Shown in pieces: positions 40,390 through 51,269 of a stretch of DNA of 64,000 bases. A model generated the notes under the pieces. That model saw nothing but the letters and a program-made list of their open reading frames with translations, ran no database searches and was not told where the DNA came from. The DNA lies in the NCBI GenBank assembly GCA_002269645.1, contig NIVC01000268.1, positions 469,647 through 533,646 of the forward strand. The letters run 5' to 3'. The number at the start of each line of letters is the position of its first letter. Positions within the stretch are counted from its first letter, which is position 1. Source of the stretch: Macrostomum lignano (lineage: Eukaryota). The position numbers and the translations under genes are program-made.

Positions 40390-40761
40390 GTCCTGCGGCA
40401 TCGACGGCTAAAAAAGATTCGCATCGGCATCGAGGGCTACCCGACCAGGATGGAATCGGTGAAGCGGCGCGCCGGCGGCCGGGCCGACGCCATCTACAGC
40501 TACGCCCAGCGGCCGTTCCTCCGAGTCAGCTGGGAGAAAGAAGAGAATCGACATGTCGATTTTCAATGCGTCGTCCAGGTGAAAAACGACGCCACGTCTG
40601 ACAATGGCGGCGGATTGCAGGCGGCCGCGGTTGAACGGCCCGTGGATTTGCCGCCGTCGCTGACGCCTCCTCTGCCTGTTGGGAACAACGGCAACGACAA
40701 CTCCCCCAACCAGGATGTCGAACTTAACGGCGTCGATGGCGGCAGCGTCGATGACGTATGA
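40390..40761 (+). CDS. BTBD10/KCTD20: BTBD10/KCTD20-like, exon 5 (terminal)
   Basis: VLRHRRLKKIRIGIEGYPT...KRRAGGR...YSYAQRPFLRVSWEKEENRHVDFQCV; TGA at 40759-40761, AATAAA at about 40774. Confidence 0.95.
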   Translation, partial: VLRHRRLKKIRIGIEGYPTRMESVKRRAGGRADAIYSYAQRPFLRVSWEKEENRHVDFQCVVQVKNDATSDNGGGLQAAAVERPVDLPPSLTPPLPVGNNGNDNSPNQDVELNGVDGGSVDDV

Positions 40762-41019
40762 TATTATCTACAAAATAAAGTTTGATTCTTCGGTGCTTTT
40801 CTGATTTCTATATCTTGATAAATTCAAGAGCATAAACTAATAAGTAAAATGATTTTACTGCCTATGGCTTTCCTTGTGTTGTGCTAACGTTTGTGCCTGT
40901 TCAATGCTGGGAGTCAATCGCTTAGCGAGATATTAATTGTATATATTTGCCAAAAGTAACTCATTAACGGTACAAATACTACAAAAAACTATGGTCCTCT
41001 AGCAGCCTCTCAGATCCAC

Positions 41020-41590
41020 TAGATTAAGCTACCAGTCTCCCAGATCCCCCAGATTGAGCTACCAGTCTCCCAGATCCCCAGATTAAGCTACCAGTCTCCC
41101 AGATCCCCAGATTAAGCTACCAGTTTTCCAGATCCCCAGATTAAGCTCCCAGTCTCCCAGATCCCCAGATTAAGCTACCAGTCTCCCAGATCCCCAGATT
41201 AAGCTACCAGTCTCCCAGATCCCCAGATTAAGCTCCCAGTCTCCCAGATCCCCAGATTAAGCTCCCAGTCTCCCAGATCCCCAGATTAAGCTCCCAGTCT
41301 CCCAGATCCCCAGATTAAGCTCCCAGTCTCCCAGATCCCCAGATTAAGCTCCCAGTCTCCCAGATCCCCAGATTAAGCTACCAGTCTCCCAGATCCCCCA
41401 GATTAAGCTACCAGTCTCCCAGATCCCCCAGATTAAGCTCCCAGTCTCCCAGATCCCCAGATTAAGCTACCAGTTTTCCAGATCCCCAGATTAAGCTACC
41501 AGTCTCCCAGATCCCCAGATTAAGCTTCCAGTCTTCCAGATCCCCAGATTAAGCTACCAGTCTCCCAGATCCCCAGATTAAGCTACCAGC
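41020..41590. repeat. 29-bp minisatellite downstream of the BTB gene
   Basis: Unit CAGTCTCCCAGATCCCCAGATTAAGCTAC. Confidence 0.96.
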
Positions 41591-42265
41591 CTCTCATACA
41601 GTAAATCATGACCTCTAAGTATACCCTTTATTTAACTTGTCCTTGCTAAGTTTGTCTGATTGCATTCAATTACCACTTAAATTATTTAAGGTTTAGTTAG
41701 CTTACTTTAAGTAGGCAGTTTGGTATGTTATATATAATATTTTAATAAAAATTACCTTTTATGAGTCAGACAAAAGTTTATAATATCAAATATTTCAGTT
41801 ATTTCAGCTGTAAAATGCGCCTGCTGTGTGACTTAATGATGACTTTCACTGATCTTTGCTTAGTTTTTTTCCTTGCCATGTCAAGTCGCTTTCTGTGTAT
41901 AACAATTAAATTGTCTGCTTCGTCTAAGATATTGGTATTGGTATTTGTAATAAAAATTGTTTTGTCGTTACCTTGTGAAACAATTTTTATGTAATAATAT
42001 TCCTCAATTTGGACCATATATGTTTTTGAAGCTGCTTATTGATGATATTTAGTCATATTTAATGATTAAATCTTATTTTTACACATTAGAAAGCTCCTAT
42101 TTAAGTTCGCTTATAAAGTTCCTGTGCTACAAGATAAATTATATCTAATGTACCATTCTGCATAGTATATTTTTAGCAATATGCTTATTAATCAATTAAG
42201 AAATAATATAGCATTTTTCAAGCCAATTGAGCCTAGGAGCAAGCTATTGGAGACTTGTTTTTCAT

Positions 42266-43420
42266 TGTCTATGGCCCAAAAGGGGGTCTATGGAGCAACC
42301 AATTTGAGAATTTGGGCGCGCAATTAATCCTTTCCACAGTTGCGCAAGCCTCAGACCATAGAAAACAGATTTCATTAGACAAACATAGATATGGCAGACA
42401 AAGAATTTAGTGAGCAGAGCAGTGACGAAAGTTTTGCTACAGCCCAAGATGCAGTGGATGAACAGAATCCTACAGGGCGAGAACCCTATCGCAAGATAAG
42501 CAACGAAAAGTACGACCTGATTATCGCTGCCATCGAGAGAGGTGATAGTGCTGAGCACATTTCGCGATGGCTGCACGTAAAGAGAAAAGCTGTGTATTCT
42601 ATCAGGCGTCGCTATGAAATCACGGGGCTGTTTTGATTGATTTCTCTGAAATCAAAGTGTTAATGTCAATCGTTTTCTGATATGCCATCTATTTGCAGAC
42701 CTTATTTCAGTGAAGTTATTCGTGAAGGATACACGAGCACTGTGAAAAGGATTAATTTGAATTAATGTTTAAGTTTTAATTCCGTTTTCAAGTAATCAGG
42801 AACAAAACGATATTTGTTAAACTATTTTTGGCAAGGCTAGAATTCGCCCGACAGATAATTTACTGCTTATTAGTTCATTGTGTCTGCTTAATTGTATTTG
42901 TAATTTGACCAATTTCAATATAAAACTCTGCTAACTATTTTTATCCAGTCACCATGTGCTCTCTTTCATTCTGAAATTATGTTTCCTCTCATCGCTTCTT
43001 AACCGTTTTTTGTTTTTTCCTGTGTCCATTCTTATCTTTTATTTTATTAAATAATTATTTTATGAATCTGATAATGCAGGGCATCGTTGATTCTGGTAGA
43101 TTACTCCTTTTTCGTATAAAAAGGCTTTTTATTTCTTCAAAGTTTCGGCCAGTCATATGCTATGATGTAGTTTGTTAAGCTTTTTTACAGTCACTTTTTT
43201 GTGATTTTGTATGTCTGTCTAATATTTTCTATAAATTTGTTATTATCGCCCGTCTGCTTTGAAATTCCGTGTTGCCGATTTTATTAATCCGTTAATTATT
43301 GTTCAGAAATTTACGGTCGCTGGTAAACTCTTAAACTTTGGTGTCATAAGTGACATATAACTCAGATTCGTACGAGAGATGCTGCAAAAGAGAAAGAATT
43401 AAGGGTTTTGGCCATAGACA
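42266..43420 (+). mobile_element. Deleted IS630-Tc1/mariner-like DNA transposon
   Basis: Approximately 15-bp inverted ends TGTCTATGGCCCAAAA / TTTTGGCCATAGACA. ORF 42391-42636 ends in an HTH-like segment (RKISNEKYDLIIAAIERGDSAEHISRWLHVKRKAVYSIRRRYEITG) like transposase N-termini; no DDE domain seen. Confidence 0.55.
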
Positions 43421-44566
43421 TAGAATTTTCTATATAAGTCTATTATAGCCAAGATCAGAGACAAAACCAAATTTCAACGTCTAGAAGGTGAAAAAAGTGA
43501 TCGTAGCCGTCTAGCCGTCCAGTCTTGAGCACAGGCCATGACCAGACGACTTTTGTTCTCAACTATGTGAAAAATAACTTGTCTGGGAGCGTGCTTGTAT
43601 GAAATCGGGTAGGCAATTCTGGTATTCACAACTCGTCTGGGTGCCGAATTCTGCAACGCCATGGCTACTCAAAGATGTTAAGATGCAAAGTAGGTGTCGC
43701 GTGCGCTGATGACAGAGCACAAGATGATCGAGCGCTGTCGCCAATGTCGCTGAATGATGAAATATTGTGAAGCGCGCCAACACCCAACTTGTGACAGCGA
43801 CTGGTTTCATCTATTCACCAAAACATTCTGAATTTTATCAAACAACAAATTACTCTTCTATGCTATTTGCTATCTGGGTAAGCAAGAGTCGGGAAACTTT
43901 TGCAGCATCCCCTGTATTTTATCCTGTGACGGAACTAATCAGATTACGAGCCTTGTATCATTTTACGTCTTGAAGATGATTAACTACTTACTATTTTTTT
44001 CTTAATTTGTAGACAGGTACTTAATAATAATATGTGAAATAGTTTGTTCGTTACTTCTGGTTTCCTTTTTCTGTGTCTACCTGCTTTTTTGTAAATGTTG
44101 CTTATTCGCTTATGAAAAGCAGACAGTTTTTTAATTATTAACTTGCAACTCGAAAGAATATACACACAAATTGCTGCAGTCTTTGATGAAAGCTGTTAAT
44201 TTCTAACTGCTATTCTCGTGTCTTTGTTACTGTTAGATGCATATTATATATTCAAAAGTAGATAGAAAATTTAGAACTAATTGCTAGTACCGTTATGAAA
44301 ACGTTTGTGCTCACATGGTATGATCTAGCTCGTACTGTAGGAGAGAGCAGAGCAGCGGTAAAAAACGTCCCGAGTCTCGCGCCATCGAAAATTTGCCCAA
44401 GGGTTGTGCGATTCAGGGCCATGAGGGCCAACCTGAAAGGCACAGTCGCATAGAGTGTGTGCATGCCTTGAAGATTAGAAAGTCAGGGCCATTGTACACC
44501 CTGTATGAGCATGTGTGTGTGTGCGTGCCTGTGTACAGTGTTGGCGCGCTTGCATGTGCTCAGGGG

Positions 44567-45001
44567 GGGGAGTTCACAAACTCGAAATTTCACAACGTCA
44601 AAAGCACCTTCTTTCTCAAGATCGAAATTTCACATCATCGAAAACTTTAGCAAGGGACTTCATAAGGTCGAAATTTCACATCATCGAAAACTTTAGCAAG
44701 GGACTTCATAAGGTCGAAATTTCACATCATCGAAAACTTTAGCAAGGGACTTCATAAGGTCGAAATTTCACATCATCGAAAACTTTAGCAAGGGACTTCA
44801 TAAGGTCGAAATTTCACATCATCGAAAACTTTAGCAAGGGACTTCATAAGCTCGAAATTTCACAACGTAGAAAACTAACTGCATAGTTCTTGTTATATTA
44901 AGTTTTCGACGTTGTGAAATTTCGACCTTATGAAGTTTCGAGCTTGTGAAATAATTTACTCTTTTCGACGTTGTGAAATTTCGACTTTGTGAAAGCACCC
45001 C
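44567..45001. mobile_element. MITE with long repetitive TIRs, internal 46-bp tandem array and 8-bp TSD
   Basis: Ends GGGGAGTTCACAAACTCGAAATTTCACAACGTC / revcomp GGGGTGCTTTCACAAAGTCGAAATTTCACAACGTC. TSD CTCAGGGG at 44559-44566 and 45002-45009. About 5 copies of TCGAAATTTCACATCATCGAAAACTTTAGCAAGGGACTTCATAAGG. Confidence 0.8.
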
Positions 45002-46689
45002 CTCAGGGGTCAGTGGAATGGTCAACACTGGTTGTGGGATGATGTATGCATTGCACCATGCAGTTTGACCACAGCCCTCTACTGCTTATATGGGGGCAAA
45101 GTAGTTTTTCTGTAGCGCGTCTTTATTTCACGTCAAAGTAGCAAAGTTTGTGCTAGAAAATTGGTTAGGGCCTGACGATAAGAAAGGTTGCTAAAAGAGT
45201 ATTCTTTATTCTACTTGTAGCTGTAGCATTAAGTAAGTCGCTAGTTCTTTCCGATGGTATATGTACAATTTGAACTGTATATATTTTTATGAACGAGTCA
45301 AGCTTCGTCATTTCGTCGTTCAAAATCGACAATAGCGCACGTCTCGCTGTGGGAAACGGTCCGTTATCTAGATTGAGTCTGTGCACTATTCATCTGCTGC
45401 AGGACTCTGAGAGGGCCAAGAAAATTGGGATTGCTTGCAAATTGGAGCATCTTTCGGCTGCTAAGGACAGACAACCATTAATTCTAGAGAGTGAAGTCCT
45501 AGGTGTAGAGTTGTAGAAAGTCACTAAGAAGTTGTCGCGACTTTTTTAGTCGTTTCTTCTATTCACCTTTACTTGTCTCTATTTGCATTTCGACAGGAGG
45601 GGTGATACACGATTTCATTCTGCGGTAAAAATGCATTCAAATACTCCTTCAAACAAAACAAAACCTGCGCCTCAAATGTTTTATAGCACTCTGTTGGGTA
45701 AGAGGTACTTGACTGCATCAAAGGTACAGAATTGGTTTGCTTCTCGAGAGGCCCATCAGTTGGAAACACTTTCTTGAACTGCACTTTTCTGCAGGTCGAT
45801 GTCGACCGATTGTCACTAGAAGTCGGAATATCCGGCTGCAGCTGAATATCCATCTGAATATTCAAATCAGAGTCATCAGAACTAGATGTAGCTGAATGCA
45901 AGAAACTATAGCCTCGGGGAAACAGCCTTAATACTCTCCGTCCCTGAGGATAGTAGAAATCGCCTTCTTTCGGCTGGGAGTCCAATTCTGCACACAAAAG
46001 TTCCAGCACATACTGAACCAGTACAGTCAACAAATTTAGCTCCACAATTTGTTACATCTTCGAGCGCAGAACTTGGCAAACAAAAAAATCCTGCCAGAAG
46101 TACAGCCGCAGCATAGAGTTCAACCTGCGTCATGGTAAACGTGCACGTTTCCCAAAACATCTTTTGCCCATTCCATTTAGTGTATAAATGACGCAGATTG
46201 GAATAGATATAATTTCAAAAGATGATCCAGCAATAGATAAGGTTCTTTCAATATAGTCATCTGAACAGCCGAAACTCAGATCACAGCTGTTCAACAGAAA
46301 TGCTTGTCTATTATGATCACCTGCTGCATCCCTTTGCTTCATATTTCCAAAGTCTTGCACCGTTGTACGCCTGATGGGCTGACTATGCAAATCTGCGACT
46401 TAGTCGTTTTTTGATAACTTGAATGTTCACGGCCTACCAACTGGTGATGACTGCAGTAGAAAACTTGCATAGGCAGCCTCTCCGCTAGCCTTGAGCTTGA
46501 GCAGCTGTGATTGGAACTCGACAGCCTCTTCTCTAGACTTGAGCAACTGTGCTTGGAGCTCGGCAGCAGCGTATGCCTGAGCCTGAGCCTTAGGCAGCGG
46601 TGGTTCACGTCCGCACCCAAGGTCTCTTTCTCTTCCGAGCATGAAGGCGAGAAGGGGCACAGAGCGGATGCACGCAATAGATTGAGTCT

Positions 46690-47113
46690 TCGCAGTAAGA
46701 GACCTGCAACGTAAAAATTGAACAGTGGAAAGGTACGGAATTGTCCCGCGTCAAAGCGGTGCATAAATCTGTATCGCAGACTTCTAGACTGCGCCCAGAC
46801 TGACGGATTAGGGTTAGCAATACATTGCAAATTATTGATTATTAGCAATACTGACGGCGATGATTTGACCAAAGCGATGAGGCTCGCTGAGTATGTTGAA
46901 GCTTGGCTACCAGAGGCTAGCGAACGGATAACAGAATTCGAGCGCTCTCGATGCGAGCTTCGTATTAGACAGTCCGCCTGGCTAGCTGATTGTGACAGCG
47001 GTTGAGCTAGCGATAAAGGAAGCAGCAACGATCTGACATTTCGTTCGGTTGGCGACGTGTCAGCCGGAGTGCAACACTAGCTGTACATTATTGACAGGCT
47101 TATGAACGATCTA
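46690..47113 (+). pseudogene. Degenerate N-terminal fragment of the coiled-coil/NHL family
   Basis: Fragments EQWKGTELSRVKAVHKSVS, WLPEASERITEFERSRCEL and FRSVGDVSAGVQH*LYIIDRLMNDL match the paralogs, with stops and frameshifts; no propeller follows. Confidence 0.75.
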
Positions 47114-47852
47114 ATTGTTACGGTGTTGGCTTTTTAACGATAGTTAAGTTCGTAGTATGAACTTGCAGCCTAAGAGGTTGCTAGTGTTAGATTTTCTATG
47201 AATTAATTACTGTTGCATTTCTCCGGAGCTACTTGGTTATCGCAAAATTTAGCAAATAAGTTTGTTTTTTTGACAAGCATTTTTAACTTTTCGCTAGAAT
47301 TCTCTAGATTGTTACTTTGTCTTTCTTTATAACAGGCAATTCTCAGTTGCTGGTATTAATTTATCTATCAATTATTTTCATCCTCATGCGCCAAGATCGT
47401 TGTTTAATTTTGCGTCTCGTTTAATTTTTTAAACGCTCGCTTTAGTTACTCCCCGACCGTTATACAATTTTGTATGATTATTCATAGCTGTTTATCAAAT
47501 TTTTTGTTTACGAGATTTTCTTTGCAGCCTGAAATTATTGCTTTTGTTTGTTTGGTAATCGTTAATCCTTTATTCGTTATTTATTCGTTAATTCTTGTTT
47601 AATTTTGCTGCAGTCTAAATTTAATTGTGTTGCCAGGATCATGTGCTCCTGCTTGATGCGTTTAAATTTATTCATTACCTACAATTTTTTATATCAAATG
47701 TTTCTTTTTGGTTCCTTTATTTGTGGATACTTAAGAATAAGAGCTGTTCAAATACAGCTGTAATTGATTAGTTCCATTAGCTGCTTTGATTCGAAGTATT
47801 AAACTTTAATTTTTTCACCGCTTTCAGCGCTGACACAGCCCCATTCTCAGAC

Positions 47853-49577
47853 ATGACATCGGAGCATCAAGAAGGCTGCAAATTGCGTTTTTGCGATCAA
47901 TACTCTGCTGGCACTGGTCCATTATCAGGGCTGCCTCTGTGTCCAATTCATCTAGACAAAGACATAAAGTTAGTCGATAAAAAGAAGACTAAGCTGATGC
48001 AGAAGCTTGACGCTGTGGTAGCTATCGAACAAAGGCTCCAGTTGAGGGCCGAGCAGAGTTCTTTAGCAGCCGAGCTGCAGGAGGTCAGCGACGCATTTGA
48101 CTCGCTGCAAGCGCACTTGCAGCAGTGGCGAGAGCGGACGATGTCTCGAGTGCAGGCGGCGCACGATTCGGTTGCTGGCAGACTCAGAGACGCAGCTGAG
48201 GCGGAAGAATGTTCAAAAGAAGTATCATTAGCAAGTAACGCTGGAGACTGGAAGTCAGTTGCGAAACTGGTATCCTCGTTGAGAATTTGGGTCGACGAGG
48301 CGTGTGAACGCACAGAAAAGTTTGATCAGGTGCGTTCAGAGATTGTTCGTCTCTTTAACGGGACATCTTTGAACACTAATAGTAGTTCAGAAGAGCCGAG
48401 GCACCACAATGAGGAAAATCCTGGTTGTTCCTCTGTTTTACAAAGTGAAAAAGATACTGACGAGTCGAGTAAAGAGACGATTTGTGACCGACTCAACGTT
48501 CGATCGATTGGTGACATATCGCTCGGCGTGCGGCATTTGGAGTATTTGATAGACAGGCACATGAATGAAGTCAATCAGCTGTTCTGGATCCAACTAGTGG
48601 ATGCTAATGAGCTTGAGAAGTCTCAGGTGTGCCGTTCTATTGCGACTATCGATGGCCTTCCTGGACAGCCAGGATATTTGGCAGTTTGCACGAACACTGC
48701 TGGATTTATGGTCGATACAAATGGCCGTATAATTCGATCTAGCTCGCAGAACAGCGGCTGCTTGCCGTTGCCTGAACCTTGCCTATTCATATCATTCTAT
48801 GTTCCTGACAATGATGACATTGATGAAGTTCCTATTGTAGACCACATTTTGGTTGCTAGCCTCGATGATGGTGGCGTGTATCAGATGTATCAGCTTAGGC
48901 TTCAATGCGATTTAGATTGGAATGATGGTATCTGGAGTCTTCACTGCGACAGTCCTCGTCAGCTTTTATACGTGGCTTTAGAAACATCTGTACTTGTCGC
49001 TGATTTTAGCGGCAAGTTGTCGCAGAAAATCACTGTTGATGATTTACCCATTCTTTGCGAAGAAGTGTGCTGTATCGATGGTGACGCTGACAAGTTATTC
49101 ATTCTCACCGAGAAGGCTAGTGTTGCGACTGTGTGCAAGGAGTCCAGTTTGCCTATTTCCACCATTAGCATTTCCGCTCTGGTGTCAGGAAATCTGTCTT
49201 CGATGAGTCTTATTGGACGAAATATTGCTTTACTTGATTACGAATCGAGAAAGATGTATGTTACAAGCAGCATCAGCGGCCAGTTGCTAAGCTTCTATCC
49301 CACTTCGAGAACTCAACCAGAAGAGCTTTGGTATCCACATGAAGCGGCATGCGATGACAGGGGCCTAGTTTTCCAAAGCGACTCCCGAAATATTGTCCGT
49401 GTCCTAGATTTTTCGGGGACAATCGTTCAAAACTTGGGAAGAAAAAACGAGTCTGGATGTAATGCAGAGACATTTAATGGTCCCGACTGCCTATTGGTAG
49501 TGCAACTGGCTTCCGGCAGGCGACTGTTTGTTTCCGACGTTCAAAATCAGCGTATTCGAGTTTTCGAAATTCTCTAG
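47853..49577 (+). CDS. Zn-finger/coiled-coil/NHL beta-propeller protein (TRIM-NHL-like, no RING), paralog A, 574 aa
   Basis: Uninterrupted ORF. N-terminal C-x4-C-x15-C-x2-H, heptad-rich AEQSSLAAELQEVSDAFDSLQ, C-terminal NHL-like repeats (WYPHEAACDDRGLVFQSD; TFNGPDCL...LFVSDVQNQRIRVF). Confidence 0.85.
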   Translation: MTSEHQEGCKLRFCDQYSAGTGPLSGLPLCPIHLDKDIKLVDKKKTKLMQKLDAVVAIEQRLQLRAEQSSLAAELQEVSDAFDSLQAHLQQWRERTMSRVQAAHDSVAGRLRDAAEAEECSKEVSLASNAGDWKSVAKLVSSLRIWVDEACERTEKFDQVRSEIVRLFNGTSLNTNSSSEEPRHHNEENPGCSSVLQSEKDTDESSKETICDRLNVRSIGDISLGVRHLEYLIDRHMNEVNQLFWIQLVDANELEKSQVCRSIATIDGLPGQPGYLAVCTNTAGFMVDTNGRIIRSSSQNSGCLPLPEPCLFISFYVPDNDDIDEVPIVDHILVASLDDGGVYQMYQLRLQCDLDWNDGIWSLHCDSPRQLLYVALETSVLVADFSGKLSQKITVDDLPILCEEVCCIDGDADKLFILTEKASVATVCKESSLPISTISISALVSGNLSSMSLIGRNIALLDYESRKMYVTSSISGQLLSFYPTSRTQPEELWYPHEAACDDRGLVFQSDSRNIVRVLDFSGTIVQNLGRKNESGCNAETFNGPDCLLVVQLASGRRLFVSDVQNQRIRVFEIL

Positions 49578-51269
49578 TTGTTTTCTATGTGCAAGCATAT
49601 TTTAACATTTTCTATATGCAAGCATATTTTAACATTATGACTTTGCGTTTGCCAATTCGATGACAATTGGTACTATAGCTTATGTTCGATTACATTTTAA
49701 TATCGAACTATTTAATGCTAGTATTTCTCTTTGTTTTTCAATATTTCGGCACCCTTCTACGCTGCTTCTATATTGTTGGTGCTTATTTATCGCATTTAAA
49801 ATCAGGCGTCGAAATAAAAAACTATTTTGGGTAGACTTTTTGACCAAATCTAGTCTTTCTGGACTTTGCGAAATTAATTTGGCTATATTATTCAACTATT
49901 TCCTAAGCGTTTTCATTAAATTTAATGGAATTATTATTTATGAAGTGCCATAGTTTTGTCACCTTTGAAATTAAAATTTTCGATCATTCTTCAATTGGTG
50001 TATCTTTTTTTTAGTTTTGTTATATTTCATATTTAGGCTGAATAAGAGTACATTATACCCTTTGAAGTTTTTTAATGGCATAAGCACGCACTAACTAAGA
50101 GTGCAAAGATAATAACGATTTCGGAAACAAGGTCAAGGGTCTTAACCTACTAAGCCAGGAATTGGTAAAATTTAGATGTGGCGTGTTAGTTTCCCATTGT
50201 TTCCTTTTCCGCCGTAGTCTAACTAATTTAATTTTGTTACCTTATTAATAAAAATTTACTTTTGCTTTGTATGCTTGTTTTTCCATGTTTAAAGTGGTTG
50301 ACGATTCCCCCCGTCTCATTAATTACCAAATACATTCAAATGCGCGACTATGATGGTTCTTTTTCACTTTTTGGAGCTAACTAAAGGAACTTAACCAGTG
50401 CAGCTTAAACTCATTTGTTCACTTTTTGCTTTTTAGAAAATTAGAGATTTTTACGAAAGCAGCTAAAATGATTCTGTCAGGCCTGTAAGTGTTTTTTTAG
50501 AAGCAACCGTGAGTATAGCTCGTGCTCGTACAGCCACAGAAAAGTGCCTCAACTACAGGGTTAGAAACAGCTTGAATTTCGTACAGAATCACCAGGAACT
50601 GGCTATATATAGTTTTAGCTATAACTAAACGCATTAAACGCATTTTTTTTCTAAGAGCGTAGATCTATATAAGCTCGTTTAAGTAATCTTTGATCCAGTG
50701 ACATATTTCGTCCATGGTTTTTGTCTCTTTACTTTTTTTTAAAAACCACCGAGTTTTATCGTTGGCTATGAGGTACTATAGACTGTATGCATATCGTACT
50801 GATGCAGATATATTTTTTAGTGGTAGGTATCATTTATTTGCACTTGTACTAATGGAGGATTCACCCTAGACATCTGCATAACTAATATTAACTTTAACTT
50901 TCGCTGCGGTTAATCAACACGTCACTCAAGAAGTATTACTTTCTGTCTGTCTTTCTTTCCTATCTGAATTGAACATTTTAGTTAGGACATGAAATGCTCT
51001 AAAACGATTATTGATTTGTCAATCTATATGTTCTTCTCAATTTATAGTATGGGAAAGAAAATGCCGTTATATCGCTAATGCCACATCACACTCAATCAAA
51101 AAACTCAGCCAGATGGTAAACCATGCTATTCCTTCATTCATTTTTACATAGATAGTGACAGCTAAGTGTACCTGCACTTATTGAATAATTTCGTTAGATC
51201 TTATGCTACCATTGCCCTAATGTCCGGAATTCTATCACTTTCAGAGCAAGTATAACCAACTCGTAAAAC

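Noticed and set aside
43474-43973. Short overlapping ORFs near 43.5-44 kb
   Set aside because: No recognisable motifs or consistent splice model.
47948-49473. Minus-strand ORFs overlapping NHL paralog A, and similar shadows over unc-80 and pol
   Set aside because: Antisense shadows of real coding frames.
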